A stretch of DNA of 64,000 bases from positions 11,718,001-11,782,000 of the forward strand of contig NC_091481.1 of the NCBI RefSeq assembly GCF_036971445.1. The letters are read 5' to 3'. The DNA comes from Narcine bancroftii (taxonomy: Eukaryota). How positions within the stretch are numbered: position 1 is the stretch's first letter; each line of letters opens with the position of its first letter. Position numbers and translations under genes: made by a program. The notes under the pieces are model-generated. The model did not search any database. It was not told the origin of the DNA and worked only from the letters and a program-made list of their open reading frames with translations. This document shows, piece by piece, positions 12,857-26,064 of this stretch.

Positions 12857-13879
12857 ACAATAACAATGAAGGAATAGCATGGAGCAGAACCAGCAGTATA
12901 TGGAATACCCATGCCGTTGTTTCGTGCCAAATGTGAGGGTTATAAAAATCTATGCAGGTACCACCAGTAAAAATACAATGCTGGAGAAACTCAGTAGCAA
13001 AGGTAAAGATACATAAGCAATGCTTCAGGCTTGAGCTCTTCATCAAGATACCATGGTACCAGAAGCATATTTTGTTGATGGTAAGTACTGCATCCATAAT
13101 GCAACAGAGATGAAGTGAGTGAATATCTAAGATGGTAAATGAGGTACCAGTCAATCAGGCTCGTTTGTGGTGAACGATTCTTGAATGTTGGTCGAACTAC
13201 ATGCATCCAAACAAATCTTGTGTGTGGCATATTTTGGAAAAGTTATCAGTCATGAGGAGATGTGTTGCTTTTCACTGGATACTCAGTTTTTATGCTGCTC
13301 TTGGAGTAATGGTATTTTTGTGGTCAGTCCAGTCGTGTTTTGGGGGGGGGGGGGAATGGATTTTGTTTTTGTGGTAGGGTTTTGACATGGTAGGTGGATG
13401 AATACTTGTTGGAAATGGAAAGGACCTGTTTTCTGTCAGTTCAGCCACTCATCAGCTCATGCCTGGATATTATTTACCACATGCTCCATATAGCTGTGGA
13501 CTACCTCATTTTCTGAAGATCTGAATATGAATGAAATTGACCTTCAGGGAATACATGCTTGGTTGAAAATGTCTAGGCTGCATTTAATTTTTGAGTATCT
13601 ATTGATTTTTATTGGAAGGAATAAAGTTAATGCTGCTTCTTGTGAACTTTGACAGTCTCAATCTGAGCGTTTTCACTGAGATTCACTGTTAGGCATGCTG
13701 TAAACTTAACACCAGGCAATAATTGGAACTCTTATCTATGATTCTTGATTCAATTTGAATTGTAAATCTGAGATCTTGAGATTTTCTTTGGAAGGCAACT
13801 GAATGTATAATTCAGGAGCTGATGACCAAAGCTGAAAGGAAAGCATTTTTCTTGGAGACCCTGTTACAGTATTATCTCT

Positions 13880-14645
13880 TATTCAATGTCACCAAACTAT
13901 GGAACTGATTGAAGACTGGGGGAACTGGAGGTGGAGAGGGTGAGCAAATTTAAATTATTGGGAGTCACCATCTTGGAGGATCTTTCCTGGATTCAGTATA
14001 CTAATGTCATTGTGAAGAAGGCACGTGAATGCATCTACTTCCTTAGGAGTTTGCAAAGGTTCGGTATGACATTGGAAACCTTGGTGAAATTATATAGATG
14101 TGTAGTGGAAATTGTGCTGACCAGCTGCATCGTAGCCTGGTATAGGGGCACCAGTATCTCTGGGTGGAAACCCCTTTAAAAGGTAGTGGACAGCCCAATA
14201 CATCACAGGCAAAACTCTCCCCACCATCACGAAAATCTACATGTCGTGTTGCTGTCGGAGAGCAACTGCAATCATCAAAGATCCACATACCCAGGATAGA
14301 CTTTGTTCTCACTACTGCCATCAGGAAAGAGGTATTGGTGCTACAAGACTCATACCACCAGTTGCTACCACTCCATCATCTGTCTCCTCAATTAAAGACT
14401 CATTTTGAAGATCCAGCTTTGCATATTATTTATTACTGAATTTTTTTTTAATGTAGCTGCAGAGTCAGACTGTTTACATTTACTGTTTAAATTTCTCTCT
14501 TTTGTAGACAGTATGTATCCTTTTCTTAAGTACAACAAGTAGATATTCTGCCTGGGCCACAGGAAAAAGAATTTCAGAGATGTATGTGATGTCATGAATG
14601 TATTCTGACAATAAATTTGAACTTGACTTGAATTTGAACTTGGTG
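13880..14645 (+). mobile_element. Rex1/Babar-like LINE 3' fragment
   Basis: ORF ERVSKFKLLGVTILEDLSW..KKARECIYFLRSLQRFGM; tail ...gacaataaatttgaacttgacttgaa. Confidence 0.8.
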
Positions 14646-14714
14646 CATAATTTCATTCTGAGGAGGGCCAGTTACAAGCAATGCATTTTATTTTAAAAAC
14701 ATATAATTAGATCT

Positions 14715-15450
14715 TGATATTTTCATGTTTATGCTACTGTGCTGTATGTCTAAAAATGTGTCCAGGGTGAGACGAGCATTTGAATTTGTTGGCTACCTTT
14801 TCTGAGGCAGCATGAAGTAGATAAAAGTGAATGATGGAGGGAAGAGGGATCTGTCTGATTTTATGAGCCGTGTCCACATCACTGCAGTTTCTTGCAATCT
14901 TTGGTGGTACAGATCCCAAGCCTGCAGTGATACATCATGGCAGGATGCTTTCGATGGTGCCTCTGTCAAAGTTGTTGAGGTTTGCAGGTGAAATGACACA
15001 TTTCTTCAGGCTTCTGTGGAAGCAGAGCTGATAATGTTTTCTTGACTATTGCATTGACAGGTTGGATCAGGACAAGTAGTTGATGTTTACCCCAAAGAAC
15101 TTCAGCTGTCTACTTTCTTCATCTCTGCACTGATGCAGACAGGAGAGTGAACTCCATTCTTTTCTGGAAGTCTATGACCAGTTACTTAGTCTTGCTGAGA
15201 AGTTCTTGTCCTGGCATCCAGCCACTAGCCCTTCTCTTTCCCTCTTGTGTTAAGGCATGTCATTTAAATGGGGTTGATATGTGGCCTCACAGTCATGGAT
15301 GTATGGGAAGTAGAGTAGGGTGGCTGTGTAAGTAGTCTTCTAGTGCACCTCTATTGAGGGTGATCACAGAGGAGATGTCACCAATTCTCATATTCTGCAG
15401 TCTTCAGAATAGGAAATTGTTGCAGAAGAAAGTGCTTAGGCCAAGGTGTC
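14715..15450 (-). mobile_element. Old Rex1/Babar-like LINE fragment
   Basis: Degenerate similarity to the other Rex1-like copies (EAPSKASC region, PLPSI, SSHPGH). Confidence 0.55.
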
Positions 15451-15460
15451 AGAGTTTGGT

Positions 15461-15678
15461 AAATTTAAATTGAGACATAACAGGCCCTTTAGGCCCACGA
15501 GCCTGTGCTTCCCAATTACACCCAGTACGATTTGAAGGGTTGGAGAAAAAGGGAGCACCTGGAGGAAATTCACGCAGACACGGGGAGAATGTACAAACAC
15601 CTTCCAGACAGCTTGGCATTTGAACCCCAATCCTGGTCACTGGAGCACCATTGTGATAACTGCTATGCTAAATGTCCA
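15461..15678 (-). mobile_element. HE1-like V-SINE
   Basis: Reverse complement of the same head, V-domain and tail. Confidence 0.8.
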
Positions 15679-15939
15679 TTCACTTATTTAGTGCTGTTTA
15701 TTGGTGGAGCAGCAGTTCATGAATAGTTGTCAAATGTGGAGAAGCATCTGGACATAACTCTTTGTCCATGCATATCTTGTCCCTCTCACCTTGGTTCTAT
15801 TGATGGGTAAACTCCAAAGGGCTAATTTCCAACTCCATGGTCTTTGTTTTGGCCACTGTTGTATGAGTGGGAGGCACAAGGTAGATGCTGACAAATGAGT
15901 CCCCAAGTTGAGGTTTTACTGTCATTTGATTGTACATAT

Positions 15940-17317
15940 TCTTTCTTTGGCTTGGCTTCGCGGATGAAGATTTATGGAGGGGTAAATGTCCACGTCAGCT
16001 GCAGGCTCGTTTGTGGCTGACAAGTCCGATGCGGGACAGGCAGACACGGTTGCAGCGGAAAATTGGTTGGTTGGGGTTGGGTGTTGGGTTTTTCCTCCTT
16101 TGCCTTTTGTCAGTGAGGTGGGCTCTGCGGTCTTCTTCAAAGGAGGTTGCTGCCCGCTGAACTGTGAGGCGCCAAGATGCACGGTTTGAGGCAATATCAG
16201 CCCACTGGCGGTGGTCAATGTGGCAGGCACCAAGAGATTTCTTTAGGCAGTCCTTGTACCTCTTCTTTGGTGCACCTCTGACATGATGGCCAGTGGAGAG
16301 CTCACAATATAACACGATCTTGGGGAGGCGATGGTACTCCATTCTGGAGACGTGACCTTCCCAGCGCAGTTGGATCTTCAACAGTGTGGATTCGATGCTG
16401 TCGGCCTCTGCCATCTCGAGTACTTCGATGTTAGGGATGAAGTCGCTCCAATGAATGTTGAAGATGGAGCGGAGACAACGCTGATGGAAGCGTTCTAGGA
16501 GCCATAGGTGATGCCGGTAGAGGACCCATGATTCGGAGCCAAACAGGAGTGTGGGTATGACAACAGCTCTGTATACGCTTATCTTTGTGCGGTTTTTCAG
16601 TTGGTTGTTTTTCCAGACTCTTTTGTGTAGTCTTCCAAAGACATTATTTGCCTTGGCGAGTCTGTTGTCTATTTCGTTGTCAATCCTTGCATCCGATGAA
16701 ATGGTGCAGCCGAGATAGGTAAACTGGTTGACCGTTTTGAGTTTTGTGTGCCCGATGGAGATGTGGGGGGGCTGGTAGTCATGGTGGGGAGCTGGCTGAT
16801 GGAGGACCTCAGTTTTCTTCAGGCTGACTTCCAGGCCAAACATTTTGGCAGTTTCCGCAAAACAGGACGTCAAGCGCTGAAGAGCTGGCTTTGAATGGGC
16901 AACTAAAGCGGCATCATCTGCAAAGAGTAGTTCATGGACAAGTTGCTCTTGTGTCTTGGTGTGAGCTTTCAGGCGCCTCAGATTGAAGAGACTGCCATCT
17001 GTGCGGTACTGGATGTAAACAGCGTCTTCATTGTTGAGGTCTTTCATGGCTTGGTTCAGCATCATGCTGAAGAAGATTGAAAAGAGGATTGGTGCGAGAA
17101 CGCAGCCTTGCTTCACGCCGTTGTTTATGGAGAAGGGTTCAGAGAGCTCATTGCTGTATCTGACCCGACCTTGTTGGTTTTCGTGCAGTTGGATAACCAT
17201 GTTGAGGAACTTTGGGGGGCATCCGAGGCGCTCTAGTATTAGCCAAAGCCCTTTCCTGCTCACGGTGCAGAGAACAAAACAAAAGACTCTACATCACCTT
17301 TGTTGACCTCACCAAAA
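15940..17317 (-). mobile_element. RTE LINE copy 2, 5'-truncated with a short 5' inversion
   Basis: 422-aa ORF (15995-17263) homologous to copy 1; same 3' tail; 12-bp TSD GATTGTACATAT at 15928-15939 and 17318-17329; 17265-17317 is element sequence in the opposite orientation. Confidence 0.95.
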
Positions 17318-17339
17318 GATTGTACATATACAACTGGAT

Positions 17340-18115
17340 CAAACAGCATATCTCCACACTAGTGTGCACACATACACACTACACTCAACACACAAATGAC
17401 ATATATAATTAGTGATCCAAATTAAATATATATAAAAATAATTTACAGGCTTTTAGGATTGTTGAACAATATCACTAGCTGCAGGAAGAAACTGTTTTCC
17501 AGCTGGGCAGCCTTGGGTTTTATGCTCTTATACCTCTTCCTTGAAGGTAGTATTTCAAAGATACTGTGGGCTGGTAAAGTTCGTCAATAATTCTTTGAGT
17601 GCACTTTAAGCACTATTTGCTGTAGGTGCGGTCGATAGTGGGAAGGGAGACCCCAGTGATCTCAGCAGTTTTAATCACCCTCCGAACTGACCTCGATCCG
17701 ATGCTTTGCAGCTACCATACCACACTATGATGCAGCCAGCCAGGACACACTCTTTTGTGTTCCTGCAGAACAATGGTGGCTGGTAGCCTTGCCTTCCTCA
17801 GCCTCCTTAGGAGTGTCAGCGATCCTACACCTTCCTGACTAATGAAGAAGTGTTTCTTGGTCCAGGATACTCTTTTAATTAGATGCTTTGTGCTTCCCAC
17901 TTTCTACGACAGAGCCATTTATATGGAATGTTGCATGGTCTTTCATCTCACTGAAGTCCACAATCATCTCCTTCATCTTGTCCATGTTGATACTCAGGTT
18001 GTTGCTCTTGCACTACTGTAGAGGCCTCCTTCTGTCATACACAAACTTGAAGATCCTATGGGAGCTGAAACTGGCTGTGCAGTTGTGAGTGAGCTGTGAA
18101 GTGGGTGCCATTGGG
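17340..18115 (-). mobile_element. Old Rex1/Babar-like LINE fragment
   Basis: Peptide LLRRLRKARLPATI and NLSINMDKMKEMIVDF-type motifs on the minus strand. Confidence 0.7.
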
Positions 18116-18759
18116 TTTTCAGCCCCAGCCTCCACAGCGCTTCCCTTTGTCTCCTTCAGTCCTGGGGAATCCCTGTTTTTGATACTTGGCTAATCTAGGA
18201 GGCCAAGCAGGACATAAACAGTGTGCGGGCTGAGTGACCTCATTGTAGATGGTGGAACTCTTCAGAAACATTTGAATCATGTCTTCAATGCAAAACAGAA
18301 ATAAATGAGACATTTGCTAATTGCACTAAATGCTGAGAGAGATCAGAAGAAAGTGAATTAAGCAATTGCTTGAATGTATATTAATGTTGCTCTTGATGGA
18401 CTGAGGCCATTAAACATACATCAATATTTTTAATTTCAAATAACTCGGGTTTTCTTACGTAATTTGCTTTTATTTGGACAATTGGTAAAGTATGGTTTGT
18501 GAGGAACTGCCTGAGACATTTACAATGGAAGTGTCAGTGATTTATACCGAGATAAAGAGAAATGGAGGGTTGGCAGTTGAATGCTGAAATAGGGAAATAT
18601 AGATGAGGGGGAGTACAATGGATATCATAGTTAGATATTACTACAGGGAGTCTGTGATAACTGAACAAGAATATTAGAAACATTAACATGGTACAGGATG
18701 TAGCTTTTCTTCAAAGCACTCATTTGCCCAAAGGCTATAATTTATCTTCTACCAATAGA

Positions 18760-20035
18760 GTTACCTCCTCCAACTGTGTTTACTGTATTTGGTGCCCTTG
18801 GTGAACAAATTAGGCAGAATACTGTGCTGAGTCCACAATAGCCAATCTGAGCTCCTGGTTGTATAGCACTTAAATTCCCCTCCCCATTCCCACATTGCCA
18901 GGTGAGGCCCAAGGCAAAAGAGAGGAACAGCACCTTGTATTCTGCCTCGGTTAGTCTGCATGCCAATGATAAAGTTGTGGTCCTCTGATTTTTATCCCTC
19001 TTTTTGTTCAAACTTTGAACCTACCCACAGATCACCCACTGGTTTACCACCCCCTTGCCCCCCACCAGCCATTTGCTTCATGGTTCCCATTATCACCTTC
19101 TGTACACATCATATTCCAGCACTGGTAGTTTTTGTCCTTGCTTGTCATACTCCAATTTCTGTTTCCACCTTCACCCTCTCCCTCCCCCCACTCTGCATCA
19201 TCAGGCCGAATTCTCCCTTTGTCTGCATCCATAGCTGCCAACTCCTCCACCCCAGCCTGGCCATTTCTGGCTATCGTACCGTACCTCTCCTCTATCTACT
19301 CATCAGCGCTACTACAAAGAGTTCGACCACTCGGTCCTAATGCTGACAGCTCCTTGCAGGCTTTAAACAGTTTGTTAAAGGAGTCTACAGGATTTGTCAA
19401 TAAAATCTTGCAACCACGGTGGTCTGTACCCAAGACTCCATGGAGCAGCAGATCAACGTAATGCAACAGAAACAGGAAGAACACCCCCCTTCACCCCTTA
19501 GAGGAGGAGAGACGGAGGTGATGATGCTGCAGTACAGTGACCACGGCAGCAAGGGGCTCAGCGGCTGAGGCTGGGGGACCTGGGGATCTGCCTGGTCTGT
19601 GTGCTACTGGAGACTGGGCTTATGGGAAACAGGTATCGGAGCTGAGATTTGAGAGGGTACTGAGGGCAAGAAAAGCCTCGGGCGCTGAAATCTTCCACAT
19701 CATATTTGAGATTTGGACGGGAGCTGAGGTTGCCGATGAATCGAGCTGGAGGCTGCAGAAACGCTGGAGGCAAATTCACGGACACTCAATGATTCTGAAG
19801 GGACTCTTGCTTCTCTCTTTCTGACTGAAAAGATGCCGTGCAATACTAATGGCTACTCTTTGCCTTATGGCAGACAAATCTTGAATATTGCACCTACCTG
19901 CCCTTATCTTAACCCCTCTCCTGATTAGCTTCCCTGTCCAATCTCAGTACTGATAGTGCCTCGATCCAAAACTTTGACAATTCCTCCCCCTCCACAGATG
20001 CTGCTTGAACCGGCATCTGCAGTCTCTCGTGTCTC
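18760..20035 (+). mobile_element. Penelope-like element 3' fragment interrupted by a GC-rich repeat
   Basis: SSNCVYCIWCP, HCQVRPK..EEQHLVFCLG motifs; C/T-rich tract; terminal ...cacagatgctgcttgaaccggcatctgcagtctc. Confidence 0.7.
19300..19890 (+). repeat. Unclassified GC-rich interspersed repeat, copy A
   Basis: Homologous to the reverse complement of 24400-25215 (e.g. cacggacactcaatgattctgaagggactcttgcttctctctttctgactg). Confidence 0.6.
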
Positions 20036-20039
20036 AAGT

Positions 20040-20275
20040 GGAAACCTTGGCTGTTTTGTTGGGTGGATGCTAACAATCCTTTGGCACTACTTCAAAGATA
20101 ATGATGAAACTCATCCCTGGTGTCTTGATTAACATAACTAAAAATTTCAAACATCTGCTTTTTTTTTTAAACTACATTTCCTTAATTCCAAAAGTAGTTC
20201 ATTGCCTTGACGGTGTTTAACCGAGTCCTGCAAGTCAATACAGGTGCTTTAAAAAGTGAAAATATGTTCTTCTTT
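20040..20275 (+). mobile_element. Deu-domain SINE (SacSINE1/AmnSINE1-like) remnant
   Basis: ggtggatgctaacaatcctttggcactacttcaaaga..ccctggtgtcttg and aaaagtagttcattg..aggtgctttaaaaagtg resemble the Deu domain and tail (recalled consensus). Confidence 0.55.
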
Positions 20276-20524
20276 AAAATCAGGTTGCCTGAGTGGAGGA
20301 GAAAAATACAAATTACAACAGGGATACAAGCTATTTGTCCCAATTAGTCCTTGTCACTATTTATGTTACACATGAACAAAGAGTTCAAATCACACTTATC
20401 CGGTCAATTTCCACCAGCCCCAAGCATTTTTGTCTCCATTTCTGCAACATTGTATTGTAATTTCTTCCAGAACCTTGCGAGCATTTTTCCTGCATTTCTT
20501 AATTTTCAAAGGCCTTACCCAACC

Positions 20525-20810
20525 CCAATCCAGTTCTACTCTCTTCTCTCCCATTAGACAGAGAAAACATTATGTGCCACCAGATTCACAGGCAGCTTCT
20601 TTCCTGCTGTTATCAGGCTCTGAAATGAATCTCATGTTGAAAGGTGATCTCCAGCCTCATTGAGGCCCTTGCACTGTTTCAACTGTGCTTTTCTCTCTAA
20701 CACTGCTTTATTTTGCACCACTTTTTGTATAAGGAATGGGTTGACATTCCTGGATATTATGCAAAACAGTTTTTTTACTGAATCTCACTGCATGTGTATA
20801 ATATTCAATT
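20525..20810 (+). mobile_element. Rex1/Babar-like LINE 3' terminal fragment
   Basis: TRFTGSFFPAVIRL motif followed by a typical tail. Confidence 0.55.
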
Positions 20811-21084
20811 AGCTTGCTTTTAGCTTTATCTCTATTGCTATTACATAGCACAAATTCTAAAAACAAGCTGATTTAATCCACTCTGATTCCTTCATGATTT
20901 ATAATTTGCATCATATCACACCATAATCTGCAGTCCTTTTAATGATAAATGTTTGTTTCTTTTACTTATTATGCAGTTTCCCAGTGATCCTTCAGGCTTC
21001 AAATCTTTCCTGTAGATTGATGTATAAGAATATAGAAACCCAATCCATGTATCTGCTTCGTCCTTATCCTGACTTACTCCTGTA

Positions 21085-22715
21085 TGAGAAGGGGACTTGA
21101 TATTGGATAATGATGAAATGGCTGAGGCTTTGAATGACTATTTTGTGTCAGTATTCATGATGGAGGGCACGTCGAACATGCCAAAGACAGATGTGATGGG
21201 AGGTGAGGACCTGGATGTAATAATTATCACTAAAGAGGGAGTCCTTAGAAAACTTGAGGGACTAAAGATAAACAAGTCCCCTGGCCCTGATGGAATGCAA
21301 CCCATGGAACTGAAAGAAATGGCAGAATTTATAGTTGAGGCTTTGGTGATAATTTACCAAAATATTCTGGACTCTGGGCAGGTCCCAGTGGATGTAGGGA
21401 AAAGGCAGGGAACTATAGGCCAATTAGTTTAACATCTGGAGTTGGGAAAATGCTTGAAGCTATCATACAAGAAGAAATGCTGAGGCACCTTGAGTGAAAT
21501 GGATTCATCAGGCAGATGCAGCATGGATTCAGCAAAGGGAGGTCCTGTTTGACAAATTTACTGGAGTTCTTTGAAGATATAATGCGGTAGATGGAGAGGG
21601 GCAGATGGACATCATTTATCTGGATTTTGATAAGGTGCCGCACAAAACACATGCAGAAAATAAGGATGCCTGGAGTTAGGGGTATTAGCATGGTTAACGA
21701 ATAGAATGCAGAGTGTTGGGAAAACGGGTGTTTGTCTGGTTTGCAATCAGTGGTGAGAGGTGTGCTGCAGGGGTCGGTGCTGGGCTCACACCTGTTCACG
21801 ATCTACATAAATGATCTGGAAGAGGTGACAGTGTAATGTATCTAAGTTTGCTGATGACACCACTTGAATGAAAAAGCAAATTGTGCAGAGGATATGGCGA
21901 GTCTGCAGAGAGATAGATAGGTTATGCGAGTCGGCAAAGTCTGACAGGTGGAGTGCAATGCTAGTAAATGTGGGGTTATCCACTTTGGAAGGCAAAGTGG
22001 AAGATCAGATTATTATTTAAATGGAAAGCAAAAGCAGTATGCTTGAGTTCCTGTGTATGAATTGCAAAAGATTGGTGTGAAGGTGTAGCAGGTTATCAAG
22101 AAGGCAAATAGAATGTGGGCCTTCATAGCTGGAGGGATTGAATTTTGAGCAGGGAGGTTATCTACAACTGTGCAAGGTACTGGTGAGGTTGCATTTGGAG
22201 TTTGACTTGCAGTTCTGGGCTCCTTACTTGAGGAAAGACATACTGGCTTTGGAGGTGGTGCAGAGGAGGTTTACAAGGTTGATTTCAGAGATGAGATGGT
22301 TAGCCTATGAGAAGAGATTGAGTTGTCTTGGACTGTACTCGCTGGAATTTCGAAGAATGAGAGGGGATCTCATAGAAACATAAAATTATGAAAGGCATAG
22401 ATAAGATAGAGGTAGGTAAGTTGTTTCTATTGGTAGGAGAAACCAGAACTAGGGGACATAGCCTCAAGATTCAAGGTAGTAGATTTAGAATGGAGATGAG
22501 GGGAACTGCTTCTCCTAGGTGGTGGTGAATCTGTGGACTTCACTGCGCATTGAAGCAGTGGAGACTACCTCAGTAAGTATATTTAAGACAAGGTTGGATA
22601 GATTTTTATATTGTAGGGAAATTAAGGGATATGGGGAAAAGGCAGGTAGGTAGAGATGAGCCTATCATCAGATCAGCCATGATCTCATTGATTGATGGAA
22701 CAGGCTCGACAGGCT
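21085..22715 (+). mobile_element. CR1 (HER1-like) LINE, ~1.6-kb decayed RT region plus 3'UTR
   Basis: Peptides AEALNDYFVSVF, LKINKSPGPDG, QHGFSKGRSCLTNLLEFF, VSKFADDT, VRLHLEFDLQFWAPYLRKDILALEVVQRRFTRLI, RRMRGDLIE. Confidence 0.9.
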
Positions 22716-22739
22716 GTTTTTTTAATATTAATTTTTTAA

Positions 22740-22952
22740 ATCAATTTTTAAAATTTAGACATACAGCACAGAAACAGGCCATTTTAACCTATGACTCTGT
22801 TCTGCCCAGTTTACACCCAGTTAACCTACAACCCCCCCACCCCACCCCTCCCCCACAATATATTTCGAATGGTGGGAGGAAACCAGAGTCCCAGGGAAAA
22901 TCCACACAGACATGGGGAGAACATACAAACTCCCTACGGATAGCGCGGGATG
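22740..22952 (-). mobile_element. HE1-like V-SINE, 5'-truncated
   Basis: V-domain and tail on the minus strand. Confidence 0.8.
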
Positions 22953-24394
22953 TTCTTATGCACCTACCGGAGGTATGAATACATTAAACTCAATCTATTC
23001 CCCTGCTTTGGCTCACTCTGACTTGCCTCTCTCCACTTTCTGATTCTGAAGCTCTCTTTACCCCTTCTTCCCCTCTCACAACCTCGAAGCCCATTCCTGC
23101 GCACCTTCCATAACGTTCTGAGCCATCTCCTGCTGTCCCTGTTGGGGTGCTCCTTCTTCTTCCTCCCTTCTCTACACTTAAGGATCTGTGCCATCTTTCC
23201 CAGTTCCTTTTCTTCTATTACTCATCCCTCGAGCCCACTTCTCGCTGCCTCTTTCTTTTTCCCTCCATGCTGCTCAATTGTTACTGCCTGTATTTATATT
23301 TTCTTTCCTTCCGCATTCCTGTTACTCTTTTTGTCTAGTGCTTGCACACAAAAAGCTTCATTAAATCTTCATTCAAAAGTATGAAATATCTGGAGGTAAG
23401 GACTATTGCTCAGTCTGCTTCGTTTATCAGTATTGTTACTTTAAATAAAGCAAACTAAGTACAACCATCCACATTTCTTCTCTACAACTTCCATGCTTTT
23501 AAAGACCTCATTGTAGCAGGGTATATTGTTGTAGTTTAAAAATTTCCCTATAAGACCTAGCCTTGTTTCTCTTACAGATGATTCTATAAGCCCTCTCCCT
23601 ACTCTAACTGTGAACAGATCTCTGTTCTTCACATTTTATTGGTCTGCTGAGAGCTGTGCAGGCAATAAATTTTGCAGCGCCAGATATTGTAGCTGTTATT
23701 TTCATTGGTTCCTTGTGTTCTCATTTTATACATCATTGCTGATTCTACAAACATGTCCACTGTATCTTGGGGTGTTTATTGTTGTTTGTAAGGTTTTATA
23801 AGCTTTGCTGCTGTCTGTTCTCCATCAGGGACCAAGGGTTTTGTTGAACAGAATGGCTGATTACCTGGGTTCTGCAGGATTTTGGATTTTGTTTTCCTGG
23901 TATTCTATAGATCCACCATTTTAACAAAAATGATACATTAGAAATATGATCCAAATAATGGGTTGGCCTTGAAACCCGAGTGCATCAGTGCAGGTTAATT
24001 AAATGGTAATGCAGAGGTGTTAATGACTGTTTATATTATGGCACCTGCTCCCCCTCAGATTCAAATTTCCGCTGCATCTAAGGACTTGGGTTCTGTTGCA
24101 ATTGAGAGAGCTGTATACAGGAGATGTTGAATTAAATCTGAAATTACCAGGAGAAAAAGATTGAATACTGTAAATATAGGATGCAATACTTAAAATGGGT
24201 GACTGTGAATCCAGAAAGTTCCAATATGGATAACTGGAAGCAGCAATTGAAGTGGTATAGGAGGCTAACACTGAGAGATCAGAGTGGCATGGAGAATTGA
24301 GGTGACAGGCAACTGGAAGCTCAGAATTCAAGTTTATATGTTATATTAGGAACATTGAGAAGGGTTTCTTTTGCAACCAGTCCAGCAGGTTAAG

Positions 24395-25215
24395 TCTAAC
24401 ATCAAGATCAAGATTCATTTTTTTTAACATAAGTAATAAAACAGTGTCATATTACATGAAATTTCTTTTTGCCTGCTGCAAGCCAGACAGATTCACCACC
24501 AGCAGGAATTGCCTAATTGCCTCTTACAGTCAGGGAGAGAGAGAAGCAAAAACGAGTCCCCCAGAGTCACCGAGTGTCCGTAGATTAGTCTCCGCACTTT
24601 TGCAGCCCCCGTAGCCACATAGAGTCCAGTCCAAACCATTGGCATTCCAAGCTCCAGATCCGAACCTCCGACGTGGTCAGGAAACCTTCAGCACCTCCTT
24701 GCATCCTGGTTCTGATACCTGGTACCTCTCCAGCCAGTTCAAGCCAGTCTCCAGGAGTCCACAGCCTGGCAGAATCTTCCAACAGCAACCTATGACTTCC
24801 ACCGGCTCCTTACCTCAAGTCGCCAGCAGCCTGCTGCATGCACTGGTCCCTCAGCTGCAAAGCATCTGCCACCTTGGTCACTGTTCCTGCAGGTCATCTC
24901 CTCTGCTTCTCCTTCTCAGACGGGGTGATTTTGCCATCCTCTGGTGCCCTGGTCCAGTCCTTCACTTCCCTGGAGTCTGGAGCCCGTCAATAGGCACCGC
25001 CATCTTGGATGCAGATCCATGGTCATGGGATTTCAAATGAAAACACTGTCAGTTTCCAAAATGGGCCGTTCACAGCCCATGCGGAGCCGACAGCAGTCGA
25101 CTGGGCGCTGCGGGAGCGCTGCATCTCTGCTCCCTTGCTCCCTGCAGATCCACACCAGCGGCAGCTTTGCTGCTACATGCAAATAGCATTACGAGGTAGA
25201 AGAGCAGGAGCATAG
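24395..25215 (-). repeat. Unclassified GC-rich interspersed repeat, copy B, with a Rex1-like 3' tail
   Basis: Minus-strand tail ...gcaggcaaaaagaaatttcatgtaatatgacac..tgaatcttgatcttga resembles the Rex1 tails in this window; contains a YY1-type CAAGATGGCGG; no credible ORF. Confidence 0.6.
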
Positions 25216-25219
25216 TATA

Positions 25220-25755
25220 AAGTCAAAGTTTAGATTTATTATCAGAGCACATTCATGACAACCATGAGATTCTTTTTCCTGTGAGCCAGGCAAAATTTCT
25301 ACTTATTGGTAGTGCAAAAAGAAAACTCCACTCAAGAAAAGATGTATAATCAAAAGAGAGAAATGCAAACAAGAAGAAAGTGCAAACAAACTGAAATACA
25401 GAAATAAATATTCAATAATAAATAATGTGCAAAGTAAGAGCCCTTAAATGAGTCTCTGATTGAGTGTTGTTTTGGGGTCTGATGGAGGAAAGGTCGCAGC
25501 TATACCTGAACCAGTTGGTGCAAGTCTTATGGCACTTATACCTCTTTCCTGATGGCAATAGCAAGAACAGAGCGTGTGCTGGTTGATGATGATAGTAGCT
25601 GCTTTCCAATGGCAGAGTTTCATGTAGTTTCTCTCAATGGTGAGGAGAGTTTTGTCTGTGATGCTTTGGGCTGTATCAGGGCTTTCTGCTTAGAGGTATT
25701 GGCGCCCCCATTCCAGGCTGTAATGCAGCCAGTCAGCACACTTTCTAGTGTGTAG
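25220..25755 (-). mobile_element. Rex1/Babar-like LINE 3' fragment
   Basis: Peptide HALFLLLPSGKRYKCHKTCTNWFRYS; 3'UTR nearly the same as 10410-10750. Confidence 0.8.
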
Positions 25756-25809
25756 TGATGCAGTGAAAAGATTCATTGGTGTGTCGCAAGGGCAGCATGA
25801 GCTCACCGT

Positions 25810-26064
25810 TGTCAGGTTCATTCAGGGGCCTAACACTGCCAGGGAAGAGAAACTGTCTTGAAACCTGTTGGTGTTCAGTTTCATACTCTTGAACATTCTG
25901 CTCAAGGGAGGAGGGACAAAAGAGTGTACCAGGTGCTCAGCACTCCCCCCCCCCCCCCCCCCCACCCCACCCCTTACCTCCTGAAGTCTATGATTAATTC
26001 TTTGTCTTGCTGATATTGAGAGAGGTTGCTCTCTTAGGCAAAGCTCATGGACCTTCACCCTCCC
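25810..26064 (-). mobile_element. Internally deleted Rex1/Babar-like fragment directly 3' of the U6 copy
   Basis: Minus-strand NLSLNISKTK..IIDFRR piece, a poly-G run, then MFKSMKLNTNRFQDSFSSLAV (Rex1 C-terminus). Confidence 0.65.

Noticed and set aside
22990-23345. Basic or hydrophobic small ORFs
   Set aside because: They arise from a low-complexity C/T-rich tract.
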